Position numbers and translations under genes: made by a program
Source of the DNA: Diadema antillarum
Taxonomy: Eukaryota
NCBI RefSeq assembly: GCF_040938485.1
Contig: NW_027272175.1
Coordinates: forward strand, 62,001 to 126,000
Reading direction: 5' to 3'
Length of the DNA stretch: 64,000 nucleotides
Notes under the pieces: model-generated
What the model was told of the DNA's origin: nothing
Databases searched by the model: none
The model's input: only the letters and a program-made list of their open reading frames with translations
Shown: piece by piece, positions 23,331-36,631 of the stretch
How the letters are laid out: every line of letters begins with the position of its first letter
Position numbering within the stretch: the stretch's first letter is position 1

Positions 23331-24846
23331 CTACAACCCTCCCCCCCCAAAAAAAAAAAAAACAACAAAAAAAAACAACAAAACAAAACACAACAACACA
23401 CACATTTACTATCAGGTTTTCTGTAATACGGCAAAGATTTATGCGAATGACAGGTGTTTTTGTTTTTACGTTTTATGTCAAAAGAGGACAATTAGTGATA
23501 CTATAAAAAATGTAGGATAATGGGAGACTCATGGCATCGCCACTTTATTTAATCTGCATGTTAATTTGCTTCGCTACAATGATAATCATGGAGCTATAAT
23601 AGCACTGCTTCGGGAAAATGTGTAAATATTTCTAATAACATAACTCTTTTTCGGTATGATCTTGTAGATTCCTCCACCATACTCGAATTTACTCTTCTCC
23701 AAAGGCATCTGAAGGATGGTGTAGAATTAAACTGACAGGCTCATATCATGTTACACAATGACAGGTTGATGATATTTGGAGGTTTTTTTTCTCTGCCCCC
23801 CCCCCCCCCCCTCCTCTGTTTTCATCTTCTTCTTTCTTCCCCAAATATTCCTACCCAGAGACTTCTTTTTCCCTGCGTTGATGTACAAAGCATTGTCGTT
23901 GTACAGAGCATTGATGATGCGTTGATACACAAAGCATCGCAAAATGTCCACAGCAAACATTATCTGACACTGTGATAGCGGGCGTATTGAACTATAGTCT
24001 GATCAGCAAATTTGAGAAAATCGTCCAAGAGATAACCGACAACGCCGAATCCAGAAGCGTAATCTGGTTCAACGTCTTAACTTTATACTGAATACCTCGC
24101 TCCCCGTCTATAATCTCCGTCTCTGGCAGTGCCCCGCCAACACCTTTTCGTTTTTATTTCTTTCTTTCTGCCCTGAAAGGTGTTGAAAATGTCATGTCCA
24201 TTTATCTCTTAGCGAGATGATAAGGGCGAACACCTGGTAATCGTTTGGGCTTTTTTATTCTTGCCCTCCTTTAAGAAGTAAGGCTTAACAGATATTTTGA
24301 TTACTGCTATTCTTTTGAGATGCTGGAAGTCGCACCAAACTTTGAACGCGCGCTCACGGCAAAACGCTATATAATAATACAACTATAGAGTACAATGTAT
24401 ACGTGTTCTCGATTGGCACAGGGAGGTGAGACCAGTCTCGCCGTCCTCCCTGATTGGAAAAGGCCGGATATTTTCTCCTGCCGTTTTAGTTGCGAGCTAT
24501 CCCATTCACCTGTTACTAAAATAAAATTTCACTGCTTGAAGTCCAGTTTGCATAAGAAAACAGTAAGAAAATGAAAAAGTGAGGTCACAGTCACGAAGAT
24601 AGACATGCAACTTAAAACACTTTTGAACAACTTTACTCTCCATAATGTAGACGTAGGCCTATAGAGCTATGTATGCTCTTCGGAGACATGCAGGATCCTC
24701 CTCCCTCCTCCCCCATCCCCAACTCCTCACAGTGTACCTGCAACAATATCCCTTTCTTTTTGTCAAAGTTCTCCATTTTCTCAATAAAATATTGTTTAAC
24801 TGGGACCTATCAACACCGCCCTGATTCGACACCTTAAATTACAGTA

Positions 24847-25378
24847 CACTGTAAAAACATCGGTGTTAGATTTAACACCACGGGTGTTAAATCTAACACC
24901 GATCAAACTTCAATAGAGGAACACACCCACAGGTGTTAAAAATGCACTGTGATGGTGTTGAAAAGTGTTCACCTGACACTTCGTGGTGTTAATTTGACAC
25001 TGTACCTGGTGTTATTTTGACACTGCACTGGTGTTAATTCAAAAATGACACCACATGGTGTTGATTTGATATTTGTTGGTGTTAATATCAATGGTTTAAC
25101 ACCCGTCCAGCTTCAATAAGAGACCACACCAGCTGGTGTTACTTTGGTGTAAATTTATTTTCACACTTTTTCAAAAATCTAGTATTTTAATGTAAAATTC
25201 TTGATCGTCTTGTTTAAATTAAAAATCAACAAGAAGTGCAGTTACTAAGAAACTCTTCAAAAAAACGGTTTAAAATTTGGAAATGACACCCGGAGGTGTT
25301 AATTTAACACCATAAATGAGCACCGAAAATTTAACACCAGCTCGGTGTTCACTATTTAACACCGGACTTTTTGCAGTG
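24847..25378. mobile_element. TA-flanked MITE with CACTG termini (EnSpm/CMC-like) and AACACC/GGTGTT arrays
   Basis: TA|CACTGTAAAAA ... TTTTTGCAGTG|TA with many internal AACACC motifs in both orientations. Confidence 0.85.
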
Positions 25379-27753
25379 TAAATGAGCGACACACGTCACC
25401 ACGCCCATGTAAGTTTGTCTTTAAATTCTAGAGTAAATTGGACTATATTACTTGAGGTGTCAAACATTGTACACCTTAGGGAGCTTTGAGTGAGCTAAAT
25501 TATCGTCTCCATAAAAAAGGGGTTGGGTTTTGCGAAAGAGACCCACACCTTCATCAGCACCCTATAAAGAAGTCCTTCTATACGGATACCGTCACGTCGC
25601 GATGTGACTTGTGGTATTGATAAAAGAATAGTCATTCAATTGTGTGTGAGGAACTCAGTTGTTTCAAGGTTTTAACTTTAATCTAGCACCTATAGCATAG
25701 ATTTTACTCCCACATATAATTATACAAAATCAATTTTCCCCGATGAATTTACTGTAGCCATATTTAGTACTTGTTCTAAGTCTGTTTGTTCGGTCTCTTT
25801 AAATTTGTGCTGTCTCTAACTTTCAGCATGACATGACCCATCTAAGTCACATCGGGAAAAAAAAGGTCTGCTCCTGTACGAATAAAAAAGAAACATGCTT
25901 GTATGTGTTAACAAGACATAATGTAAATAAAACAAAATTGTGGTTTCGTGTTAACTGTTAGTCAGTAGGACATGTATAGACATGGTACACTCAAAGTGAC
26001 AATGAATAAACATTAATGATACAATGCCCCAATCAAATGTAGATAAAAACTCTCCAAAATAGCGAAGATATTGAAATAGATTAAAGATACGGCACATCGT
26101 GTTGCTTGTGTCATCTTTAACATTAAAAAAGAAGAACGAGCTGAACCGAGTGTTGAAATGCATGGTACCTCAAAAGTGTGTGTGTCTACGTGTTGGGGTG
26201 TATTTCATCACAATCTGTCTGTCTGTTGTTTTCTTGTCTCTAAAAGGTGCACCTTATAGAATACAATGTCTAATCATTACCTTCTTTCCAACTCTGACAG
26301 GCTGGGATAATTCTGTTAGACAATGAGATAAAATACTCCTATCCTCAATTATTCAAAACTATGAATCGGTACACATATTGAAAACTCTCTGTTCCACCGC
26401 AGCAGAAACGATAGTAATCTGTTCTGTCACCTCTGTACGAAATATTTGATTACTTCAGACAATGAATTAGCACTTCAAAGGCGCGCGCTTTCGCTCTGTC
26501 TCTGTGGCACATTTCCTATTCATCGTGCGTTAATCGCGTCTCGCTATAAAAACGTGTCAATAAAAATTTTGAATATTATACGTGGACAGTTTGGCAATTT
26601 GGGAAGCAGCAAACCTCAAAGCGACGCCGCCGCATCAAACAAGGCGAATACAATTTCATCATCACGGCGACACTTAAAATAGACAGGACAGCTTGTTTTT
26701 TTGTTTGGTTTTTTTTTAATTTTGTTTATGTTTTTTGTGCGCATATCCGTTGACTGGTATGGTGCAGTACTCATGGCGTGTACTGTTATTCCAATGAACA
26801 ACAAAATATACCACTGGTATTGTTATCAATTTATGATATTTGTTCTTGAGTGTGCTTTTGCATCATACCATCACGTAGACATCAAAGACGGCACATTGTT
26901 TCGACAAACGGGTAACATTTATATACTCAGTACTTATCTCTACCAATGACGGTGATAACGATTCCCAAGATCGCGTCGATCGATATCACTCGGTGTCTAC
27001 CTCTGACTAATACAAGTTATCTGCATGTTATCCTACTTGTGTTTCTCGGTCGTATTTCCTGTGGGTTTGTTTGTCTGTTTGTCCTGCGGGCATTACATTT
27101 GGCGCTTATCGACTTTCCATTTCTATTTCCATTATTTCATTTCCAACAAGTATAATCATAACATGATTATTATGAATACGTATAATGACACAACAATGCG
27201 ACAAACAAACTGTGAACTGAGATAAAATGTTGTAAATTTCATGACAATTACTAAAGGACAGTAGTTGAAAATGGAGGGGACTGCTAAAAAGCATGGCTTG
27301 TAGTTTACAGTTCCCCCATTAACCCCCCCCCCCCAAAAAAAAAAAAAAAAAACTAATAAGAATCTAATTACAAAACATGTAACTATAGGCATATTCCTTG
27401 AGGGTAAAAATAAAAATAAAAAATGATCCGGATCTGGCCCACGGTGCATACTAAATTTATTCCTGGAAAGACATTAAATATGGCACAAAATGTGTACTTG
27501 ACAGTGCTGGGGTAATTATCTAAAGTCAGAGGGCCCTCCCTCAGAACAGTGAGTGAGCATGATCGCCTCATAATTCTATAACATAATCAAATGTGAATAG
27601 TGCATGATCTCGAGTGCACTACTGTATAGTGAACTGTAAGGCCTGGAGCATCCGGTCTCTGTGGAACAGAAGAAAAGAGTACGAGAGCAAACTAGGCGCG
27701 TGCATGTAGCATAACTAAATGCTGTGAATGGCAAGGGATGTGCTCTTTCTGGA

Positions 27754-27887
27754 GGGCATTTCATGAAGCGTTTTGGTCGGATATTTTTCTGACAAACTGT
27801 TACAATCTACAGAAATCCGTGCATCTGATTGGCTGAGAGCAAAATTGTCCGACAACTTTGTCGGACAAAATGCTTCATGAAATGCCC
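27754..27887. mobile_element. Small GGGC-terminal MITE (PIF/Harbinger-like)
   Basis: TIR GGGCATTTCATGAAGCGTTTT / AAAATGCTTCATGAAATGCCC; central CTGATTGGCTG. Confidence 0.8.
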
Positions 27888-28323
27888 CCCCCCCCCCCCC
27901 CTGGTGTTATTGATCCCCGTGCAAGAAATCAACATTGTTATATTGCACGGCAGTGTGCACTGTTGATTATCGTAGAAATGAATGTCAAGTGATTCCACTC
28001 CCAAAATTCAACTGATTATCTACTTTCTTTTACTTTTTTCATTGCATTGACCAAACTCTAGAAGTCGTCACATCACAGCATAGCTTTGACGGACTGCCGA
28101 ATGAGAAGATTTTGTAGAATTCATGAACATGAGGTAACGTGTAAAACCCCTTATCCATTCAATCTCTATAATTATACGATGAGATTGAATGGATAAGGGT
28201 TATCTTAAATGCACTTTACAGAAAAATAAATATTAAAGCACCACTGCATAAATAAAGCTGCTTAATGTCAAATCGATGTTAAAGGATAACATACATACTG
28301 GCTAAGGAGTAATTTACAACTTT

Positions 28324-28658
28324 GGCCCGAATTCACGAAGGTGGTACAAATGAAACCATGGTTTAAATCATGGACAAAAACCATGGAGCGCCAAGTGTCG
28401 CACGGAATATTTCGTTACGAAATTGGTCATTTGTTTTGGTCGACAAAATGACCGTTTCGTTAACGAAATTATCATTACGTGGACGAAGTGTTCATTTAGT
28501 TACAAAATGTTGTCATTTCGTTACAAAATAATTATTTCATCGACGAAAAGACTGATTTCGTAACGAAATAATCCATGTGACACTTGGCGCTCCATGGTTT
28601 TTGTTCATGGTTTAAACCATGGTTTCATTTGTACCACCTTCGTGAATTCGGTCGGGCC
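28324..28658. mobile_element. Palindromic MITE with GGCCC termini (PIF/Harbinger-like)
   Basis: TIR of about 85 bp GGCCCGAATTCACGAAGGTGGTACAAATGAAACCATGG.. mirrored at 28575-28658; internal TCGTTACGAAA units. Confidence 0.88.
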
Positions 28659-28689
28659 AATTGAGTGCATGTATAGCCCACAGGGCATG

Positions 28690-29025
28690 ACATGCACCAA
28701 CTTGTCATCCCACGAGACCAACACCTACTCAGTATGCACGAGTCATACAACCCATGAGTTCGACATTGAAAAAAGGTCCATTCAAGTCATATACAGCCCA
28801 CGAGTTCGACACTAGGGAAATAAGATCCACGAATTTAACACTATAGGTAAAAAACAGCCCATAAGTTCGACATTACAACACAGTCGGTCTTGTTGGCCTT
28901 GTCTGCTTAGTGTCGAACTTATGGGCTGTATGATTCGTGGGCTGTATGAGTCTTGGGTAGTTTTGACTCGTGGCATAATCGTGGGCTGATGTTTAATTCG
29001 TAGGTGTCAAACTCGTGACGTGCAC
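28690..29025. mobile_element. CACGAG/CATGAG-repeat MITE, copy 3
   Basis: Same GAGTCATACA / GAGTTCGACA units; ends CTCGTGACGTGCACC. Confidence 0.7.
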
Positions 29026-30679
29026 CAGAATAATATGCATTACTATTACTTATGCATCATGGATGAAGCCGCAGATTGTTTCATGAACGTGGGTTTTAAG
29101 AAAGAAGAAAATGGAATGACGCTGTACGTCACAGCACGACCAATTCCAAAACAGGCACACGTACACTATAGATGTATTTACAGAAAACCATACATCGGTC
29201 TCTCGAGATATGTCGGGGCTTAATAAAAGTCACTCACTCTAAAAACAATTGAAATACAAATACGGGGGCGGGGGGCGTTAGTTACGTACAAAGGAGTTTT
29301 TACTGCGGAGATGCCGATATCGCTTTTACTGCTCTCGGGGATTTTCGGGAAAAATATGATCGAAACGGCCGTGACGGCGAAACGTAAATTTGAAATTTGG
29401 TAATAAAAGCAATGACTGGACAGGGTAATAACATGAATTAACTGTGCAACAAGTGATCCACTAGTTTTCAAACTGTTATTACTACTTGTGTATGATAATA
29501 CTTCTTCCATCTATTAATTAATCCAAAGTATTTGTTTCATCTATATACTCGTAATCAAACATGTTTATTATACGATTCAACCCCTCCTACGCCGACGCCT
29601 ACAACGGACATTCGTCGAGCTAGGAGAATGCACCTATGAAGACTGTGTAATCAAATTCAATGAACTGATGAATGCCATGTCAATGACACCGGACTCTGCG
29701 CCAGATTTCGGTCACGGCAATTCCACACCTATCGATGATTGTCAAAGGCTCCCCGCCCGGACTCCCCGCACCAGAGGGTGGGCGTTTAATTACCCGCACA
29801 CCGTCGGGCAACGACCCCAGCAGAAGTGTATAATGGGCAACAGTGGAGTTTGCTCTTCGGAACAAGCTGCGAAACACACGATCCCTTTTGATATGATGAA
29901 AACAAACAAACAAACAAACAAACCACACACACACACTCATGAACATGACCGGAAAGGACTAAAGAATACTTGCCAACAGCCTCATGAATGGCGGGGCGGA
30001 TGCAAACCAACATGCTCCCATTAATGAGCTCGGCCAACAACACTTGATGCTCTTACGAGTCTCACACACAACAATGTTTGCACACAGTGTGCGTCCGCTT
30101 GATCGGGTTTGAAATCACCGTGGGATTTTGGTCATGGAAGACAAAACGAACTTGAATTTGCTGATCATGAGCCCAAACTAAGGGTGATTAAAAGCTCGAA
30201 CGCGAGCAAACTGTAACTGACTGAACTTGGATGACTTCACGTGTGCCGAGTGTTTGCCTTCGCTTTTTCTTATCGCAGGGAGCTCAACATGACTTGAATA
30301 TGAATGAGATGGCATGGATTGGGAAGGTAGATAAGAGATTTAACTCTGTTTAGCATGCAATCGAAAAGTCTGCCCTTTAATCGCGTCTTTCGCCCAGTCG
30401 TGTCATCATGCCGCTTTTGTCGTATTCTCTCTCCCTCTTTTTTCTGCTTTCGAGTGTAAACGCCAAACATTCATATTCGTGAAATCAGAAATCATGCGAA
30501 TATATAAAAAAATAACGTACTTTTTGTCATTATCTTTTCCGCGGCCCTTCTCCCCCCCCCCCTCCCCCCCCCCCCGTCTTGGTTCCTATGGTTCTTCAGT
30601 CATTTTGCATTATGGGCTGTGTGATCACAAAACAATATGAGCCATATCAGTTTTATGGTTGAGCGGATACATATTATGC

Positions 30680-30721
<42 letters not shown>

Positions 30722-33700
30722 TATTCATCGTTCATATGTGACAACATTTCAACTATGTAGCCTAAATGATTGTGCAACAACCACCTATATTAATTTTGCA
30801 ATTAAGAGCAAGACATATTTTGCGCTTTTGCCGCCGTAATAATGTATAGGAACTTGCATGATGTGTTGGAAAAACAAACAATTCTTGCATTGAGAAAAAA
30901 CAAATGAAAGAGAAGTTGATGCAAAAACCATGAAAATAATAAGAAGAGTGAATGTATAATCAAAACAAAACAAAAATTCTCTGATTTGTTTGAGATTGTG
31001 AAGTTTGTTTAGGAATGATGCACTCAAATTCAACATGATTTTATTATAATACTTATTTCTTGTATGGTTTATTTTGATCATTACACCCAATTATTGTTAA
31101 AAATGGAGATACACCACCGAATGGGAACACAAATAAGTGATATCAAAACATTTCCATACTTCATTCTATTTTTGGTGTGTGTGTCTGTGTGTGTGTGTGT
31201 GTTTTGGTGACGCCATTATCATGATCAGTACGTACATCAGTACATATAAAACCAACGCTCTTCCGAATAACCCGGAAGTAGGCTATTACTCGAGTTAACG
31301 GGACAATCGCTCCCTCTAGACCCTGCCATGCCTTGGGGATGTAAAGGGCGCTGTAACGAATCGAAACCGGTCGACAAGATAGGACGAGATGACTGCTGGA
31401 GATGAGATGATGAATAAGATGATTACAAGTTAAGTGTTTTTCCTGGAGGCCACAACAGCTCGAGCTTTTACCTTTCGTCAAGTAATTCGTCATTCTGCCC
31501 GTCATCAAGGAACGATTTGATCGTTTTTCTGTTTTCGCTTGTTTGTTTTTACAGTGAGAAGTTCAATCCCTCACTGACAACTTTGCAATTGTCTCCTTGA
31601 AAGGACTGTGAAAATCGAGGCGTGCGCACATTCGACGCTTGAATATAACCCCGCCCGTCCCCCCGACATTTTCGAGGATGGACGCACGGGTGGGGGGGGG
31701 GGGGGGGGGGGGTAGCCATGCATGGGTCACTAACGCGATATGACATAAACACACCGTAATTTCCACGAGCTTAATCAAAATTATGACGCTGAAGAGCAGT
31801 GGAAGGAAAGAGAGAGTAAAAAAGAAAAATCATCGCGTTGTCTCGCTTTTGTGTCGGCATCTTCTGATCATTTTAACCAAGCGCAGACGACATAGCCCTG
31901 CGAGGACGATTTTGATGGATGCCTCGATGCAAGATCAAAGCGCCGCCGCCGACATTAATAATCGGGTGGTATTCTTTAAATTACATGAGTCGCAGGAGAG
32001 GGGAGGGAGAGGGGAGAAAATGTGCTCCGCGTACGATTTTAATCCGGCCCGGCAAATAAGGAGAGGAGAGAGAGAGAGGGATCGAGAGGGGGAAGTAGAG
32101 AGAATCGACCGTGCATTGAAACATTATTTGCTACCTTGAATAGCTGCCATAATATTTTTATGCGTACCAGCTGCTGAACTGGGTGATGGCTCCGCGTAGG
32201 AAGAAATGGAGGAGAGTATTGGATGAAGAAGAGGAGGGGTGGGGTGGGGGTACGTGTAATCGGGGTATTAGTGAGAGTGGAAGGTGGTATGAGGGGGATA
32301 GGGGTTAGGGAGAAGATTTTAGAAAGAAATACGAACTTGCTAGCTGATGAATACAGTTATATTTATTTTACAGATTTGTCAGAGCTGTGCATCAGTGACA
32401 TGGGGCAAAGTGGGCAAAACGTTTTTTTTTTTTTTTTTTCAAGTGTTTATGAAGTACAGGAACGACGATAGCTTATAGTTTCTCCAAGGAGTACTGTCTG
32501 ATTTGCTGTACAATAATAGCATTTAATTTACTCCCACTGACAACGTGACATTGTCTTCTATCAACACCGACTGTCATGGTTCGCGTATTACCCCGTTGGT
32601 TCGTTACGATTTGTCCCATTCGATATCAATCAAAGTCTTAAAAAACAACAAAAACATCAGGTACAAACTACCTACATACTTCTCATCGATTTGCAATGCA
32701 AAGATGACGAACGCAGCAAGTCACATTCACTAAGAAGGCTGGGGAAGGATATCAAATTTACACATTATGAATGATTAATCCTCATAAGAAGATTTGGTAT
32801 TAAAGTGAAAACATAGTTCCCGTGTGCCTGCAGGACTGTCGTTTGTTTGTTTTGTTTTGTTTTGCTTTTTTTCTGTTTTGTTTGTTTTTTGCTCTAATAT
32901 GCACACTTATGTATAAAGAAATGCATATACAATGTATGATAGAACGCTATATAACACGATGACCGATGGGTAATAAATGAAATAAAATGAAATGAAATGA
33001 ATGAAATGAAATGGGTAATGACGAAAATGCGAAATATTAACCAAAAATGTTCTCCGGAAGTGCTCGGTCTCAATGCTTACCAGATCGTAGTTGCTTCGTG
33101 ATGTTTTACATTCGATGACATTGATTACAATATATCGGGTCATAGCGGTATCTGATCGCAATGGAGAGTGTATTGCAAGCAGCGTGTTCTACATGCGATT
33201 CAAGAGATTGAAAAAGATTCAATGATCACCGTACTATACGGGCAGGGTTCTACACCACTGAAGTTCAGTGTTCTACACACCCACTGTCCCACTACTGACG
33301 GGAGAGGGCGCTTCTGGAATAAAAGTCGGTATACCGATTTTTATCATTTCACACCTTCGATCTCAGTATACTGTTCTACAAAACAACCCGATATCGTCGG
33401 TGAATCGCGCCAGCCAAACAAGTTTCTTGGTAGAGCTTTCCGATATATTGCAAACAAAATAATTCCAAAATGGTGAAAGATGAATTTTGAGCCCTGTCGA
33501 GTACTATGTTTTAGCTGTAATTGCATAGGGATGGCAGTGAGTTGTGAGAGAATAAACTGGACGCAAAATGCCGAGAGGCGGACCGGTATATCGTTTCGAG
33601 CGAAATCAATGTCAGATGCGTGACGTGCTCTGGGGCGATTAAAAGATTTCGGACTGCAGCGTGCGGTATGTCAATGTTTTAACAAAGTCGGACCAGCGTG

Positions 33701-34404
33701 CGCGCGCCACGCGGTGCGCCGATCGGTACGAAGAGAAGAAACCTTTAGGCCACGAGTATAAGCATGAAGAATCGACAGAAGGTTGAGGATTAAAGCGGGA
33801 AGCATGATTTTAATTGCCTCTCGTGCGCCCTATTCTTTCTCAGAGATCCGGTACACTACGGTCCGAAGAATATTGAAATCTCCTGTTGTACACTGGACCA
33901 CTTATTAAGGCAAATCGGAGCTTCATTGCCTCGGCCCCGTGAATATTCATCACGGAAATTTCCGACCCGCATATTTTCTGACATTGCAGATTACGCCTTC
34001 ATTACGAGAAAGAAAAGCGGGAAAAATACAAGGAGGTAAATCCATCGCATTTATTTTATGCTTCGACTGCCAGCGCTGCCGCAAAGCCGAAACTCGCCGA
34101 CGCTTAATCAGGACTTCGCGCGGCTTAGCAAAGAATGGATAGATTGATTGATGGCTAATTTGCTCATTTTCATTATTTGATGATGTCAATTTAGTATTCA
34201 ACCATCCTCCATCCATAATCCTATCAGGGAAGGCACTGAAACGTCGCCACAAAGGCGTTCTCCATAACCTCTCTTTCTCTCTATCAATCTATCTCTCCTT
34301 CCATCTCTCCTCTGCCACGTTCTGTCGCTCACTCTATTCTCTCCTCGTCCGTCTATTCCTAAGGCTTTAATTTGATGTGTGTATGCATGACATGCTTGCA
34401 GTGC

Positions 34405-34439
<35 letters not shown>

Positions 34440-35599
34440 CTTAGCTACAATGTGCACATCGTCCTATCATCCCAATAAACACTATCTTGGTATACTAAGA
34501 GGTGTTATAACTGCATCTGTCAATGTATGTGTGTGTGTACGTGATATATTCTTTCTGTCTTTGAGTGGAGTCTTTTCCAACCAAATGCATTCAATCTAGC
34601 TGTCATTGTGATAAGTACATTGTGTGTGCTTAGATCGTGTTTGTGTATGTATATGTGTATTGTGTATTGTAGTTGTCACTTGAGCTCAATCTTCCCACAT
34701 AATATCTACGGATGAATAACAAAAAAGAAACAAAAACTACAAGTGAATTCATAAAAGAAAACCCAGACATCTTCTAAATATTCATTCCAAGCTACAGTAC
34801 ATGTTGTACGCTATATAAATTATATACATGTGCGCAACAGAGACCGATATGAGAAAAAAAGATGCTTAGTAATCAGGAATTCTATGTTTCCTATAACATC
34901 TACCTCAGAGAATGATTCATAGAAAAAATAAAACAATCAAACAAACAAACACGCTCTTCTCGACGTCACAAACCGATATTTTGGAAAAGCATTTTATAAC
35001 TTATATCACGACACTTCCGGCCATTTTATTCCAATCGCTTCCTAGCACACTTAGCAACAAAATTGGAAGAGCCAAGAAAGTGAGAAGTTACACATTGATA
35101 TCTATTATAAAAACTATTCTACTACACTCTATAATGTACTAAGTATCATCACATTATTTAACACGTTATAGTTGGGGATGCAGTCACACTGTGGACTTTT
35201 AAAGAAAACGAAAAAATAACGACCAATAAAACAGACCAAAAAGACATGCAAACCTCATCGAATTTTGCAAGGTTCCACCTGATATTCCTTCAAAAGAAAC
35301 TAGAAATGTCGCTATTGCGACTGATGCCTCCGCCATAATGCATGATTCGCCCAATAGGTGTATAGTGCAATGTCTTCACAATGTGTGAGGACAGTTACAC
35401 GTAACTGGCAAACCATTGAAATGACAGGTCTGTCAGAAATATCTTGAATGTTCACTTTCCTTGAACTAGGTAAAAAAAAAATTGCTATAATTGTCTAGTG
35501 CAGGTACATGTATTTGGGGAATTGAGAATTTTTACTTGACTTCTGACTGACCCTTTTATAAGTTTATGCATTGAGTAATTTTCAAGGTATGAAGAAAGA

Positions 35600-36505
35600 G
35601 TGTAATTACAGTATATAAAATAGATTTTTTTTTCTTGCATTTAAACCTGGCCTTGACCCTTAACCTTTGACCTTTGACACTCTGGCAGGAAATTTCCAAG
35701 AGAATCTCCATTAGGTAATACATGTATATAAAGTTTTAAAAATAATAATGCAAGCATTGCATAGACTAGTAAATGAGGGAAATAGTAACATTTTGAACAG
35801 TTGACCTTGACCTTTGACTCCTGACTATTGACACATGACCCCTAAATTCCTTAGATAATCCCTGCCAGTCAGTACATGCGTATGCACCAAGTTCCATGAA
35901 GATACATTGAACCATTTGCGAGAAAAGTGAAATTGTAACATTTTCACCTAACCTTTGACCTTTTGACCTTTGACCTGTTGACATGAAACTCTCTCTGGAG
36001 AATCTTTACGCAGTAGTACATGTCTACACCAAGTTTCAAGAAAATACCTTCGGGCATTGCATATAGATATTGGGGAAATAGCAACATTTTTAGCATTTGA
36101 CCTTGACCTTTTGACCTTTGACCTTTTGCCAATGTCACTTAAATCTACTCAACTAATTGTCCCATCATACATCATCCTCCTACAAAGTTTGGTGAAATTT
36201 GCTCCATCCAGTCTTGAGTTATCGCGTAAACGGATACAATTTCATGATTTGACCTTGACCTTTGACCTTTGACCTTTGGCCGATTTCACCCAAAATCTAA
36301 TCAACTAATTGCCCCATCATACTTTATACTTGGACCAAGTTTGGTAGAGATCAAGTCAATTTTACTCAAGTTATCGCGTAAACGAAAGCGGACGGACGTA
36401 CGGACGTACAGACGTACGGACGTACGTACGGACGTACGTACGTACGGACGGACAACCCGAAAACATAATGCCTCCGGCACCACTTCGTGGCGGAGGCATA
36501 AAAAA
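35600..36505 (+). mobile_element. Helentron-associated (HINE/DINE-like) non-autonomous element
   Basis: About five internal units of about 150 bp, each with TGACCTTTGACC. (CGGA/CGTA)n microsatellite at about 36390-36450, then CCGAAAACATAA, hairpin ATGCCTCC..GGAGGCAT (36468-36499) and an A-run. Left boundary approximate. Confidence 0.75.
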
Positions 36506-36598
36506 GATAAATAAGGGGGGGGGGCGTTAAAGCTATACCTTTTGACCCAACACCCATCACTACCTCAGACAACCCCTTCTGGCCAGAGGATCCCCCCC

Positions 36599-36631
<33 letters not shown>

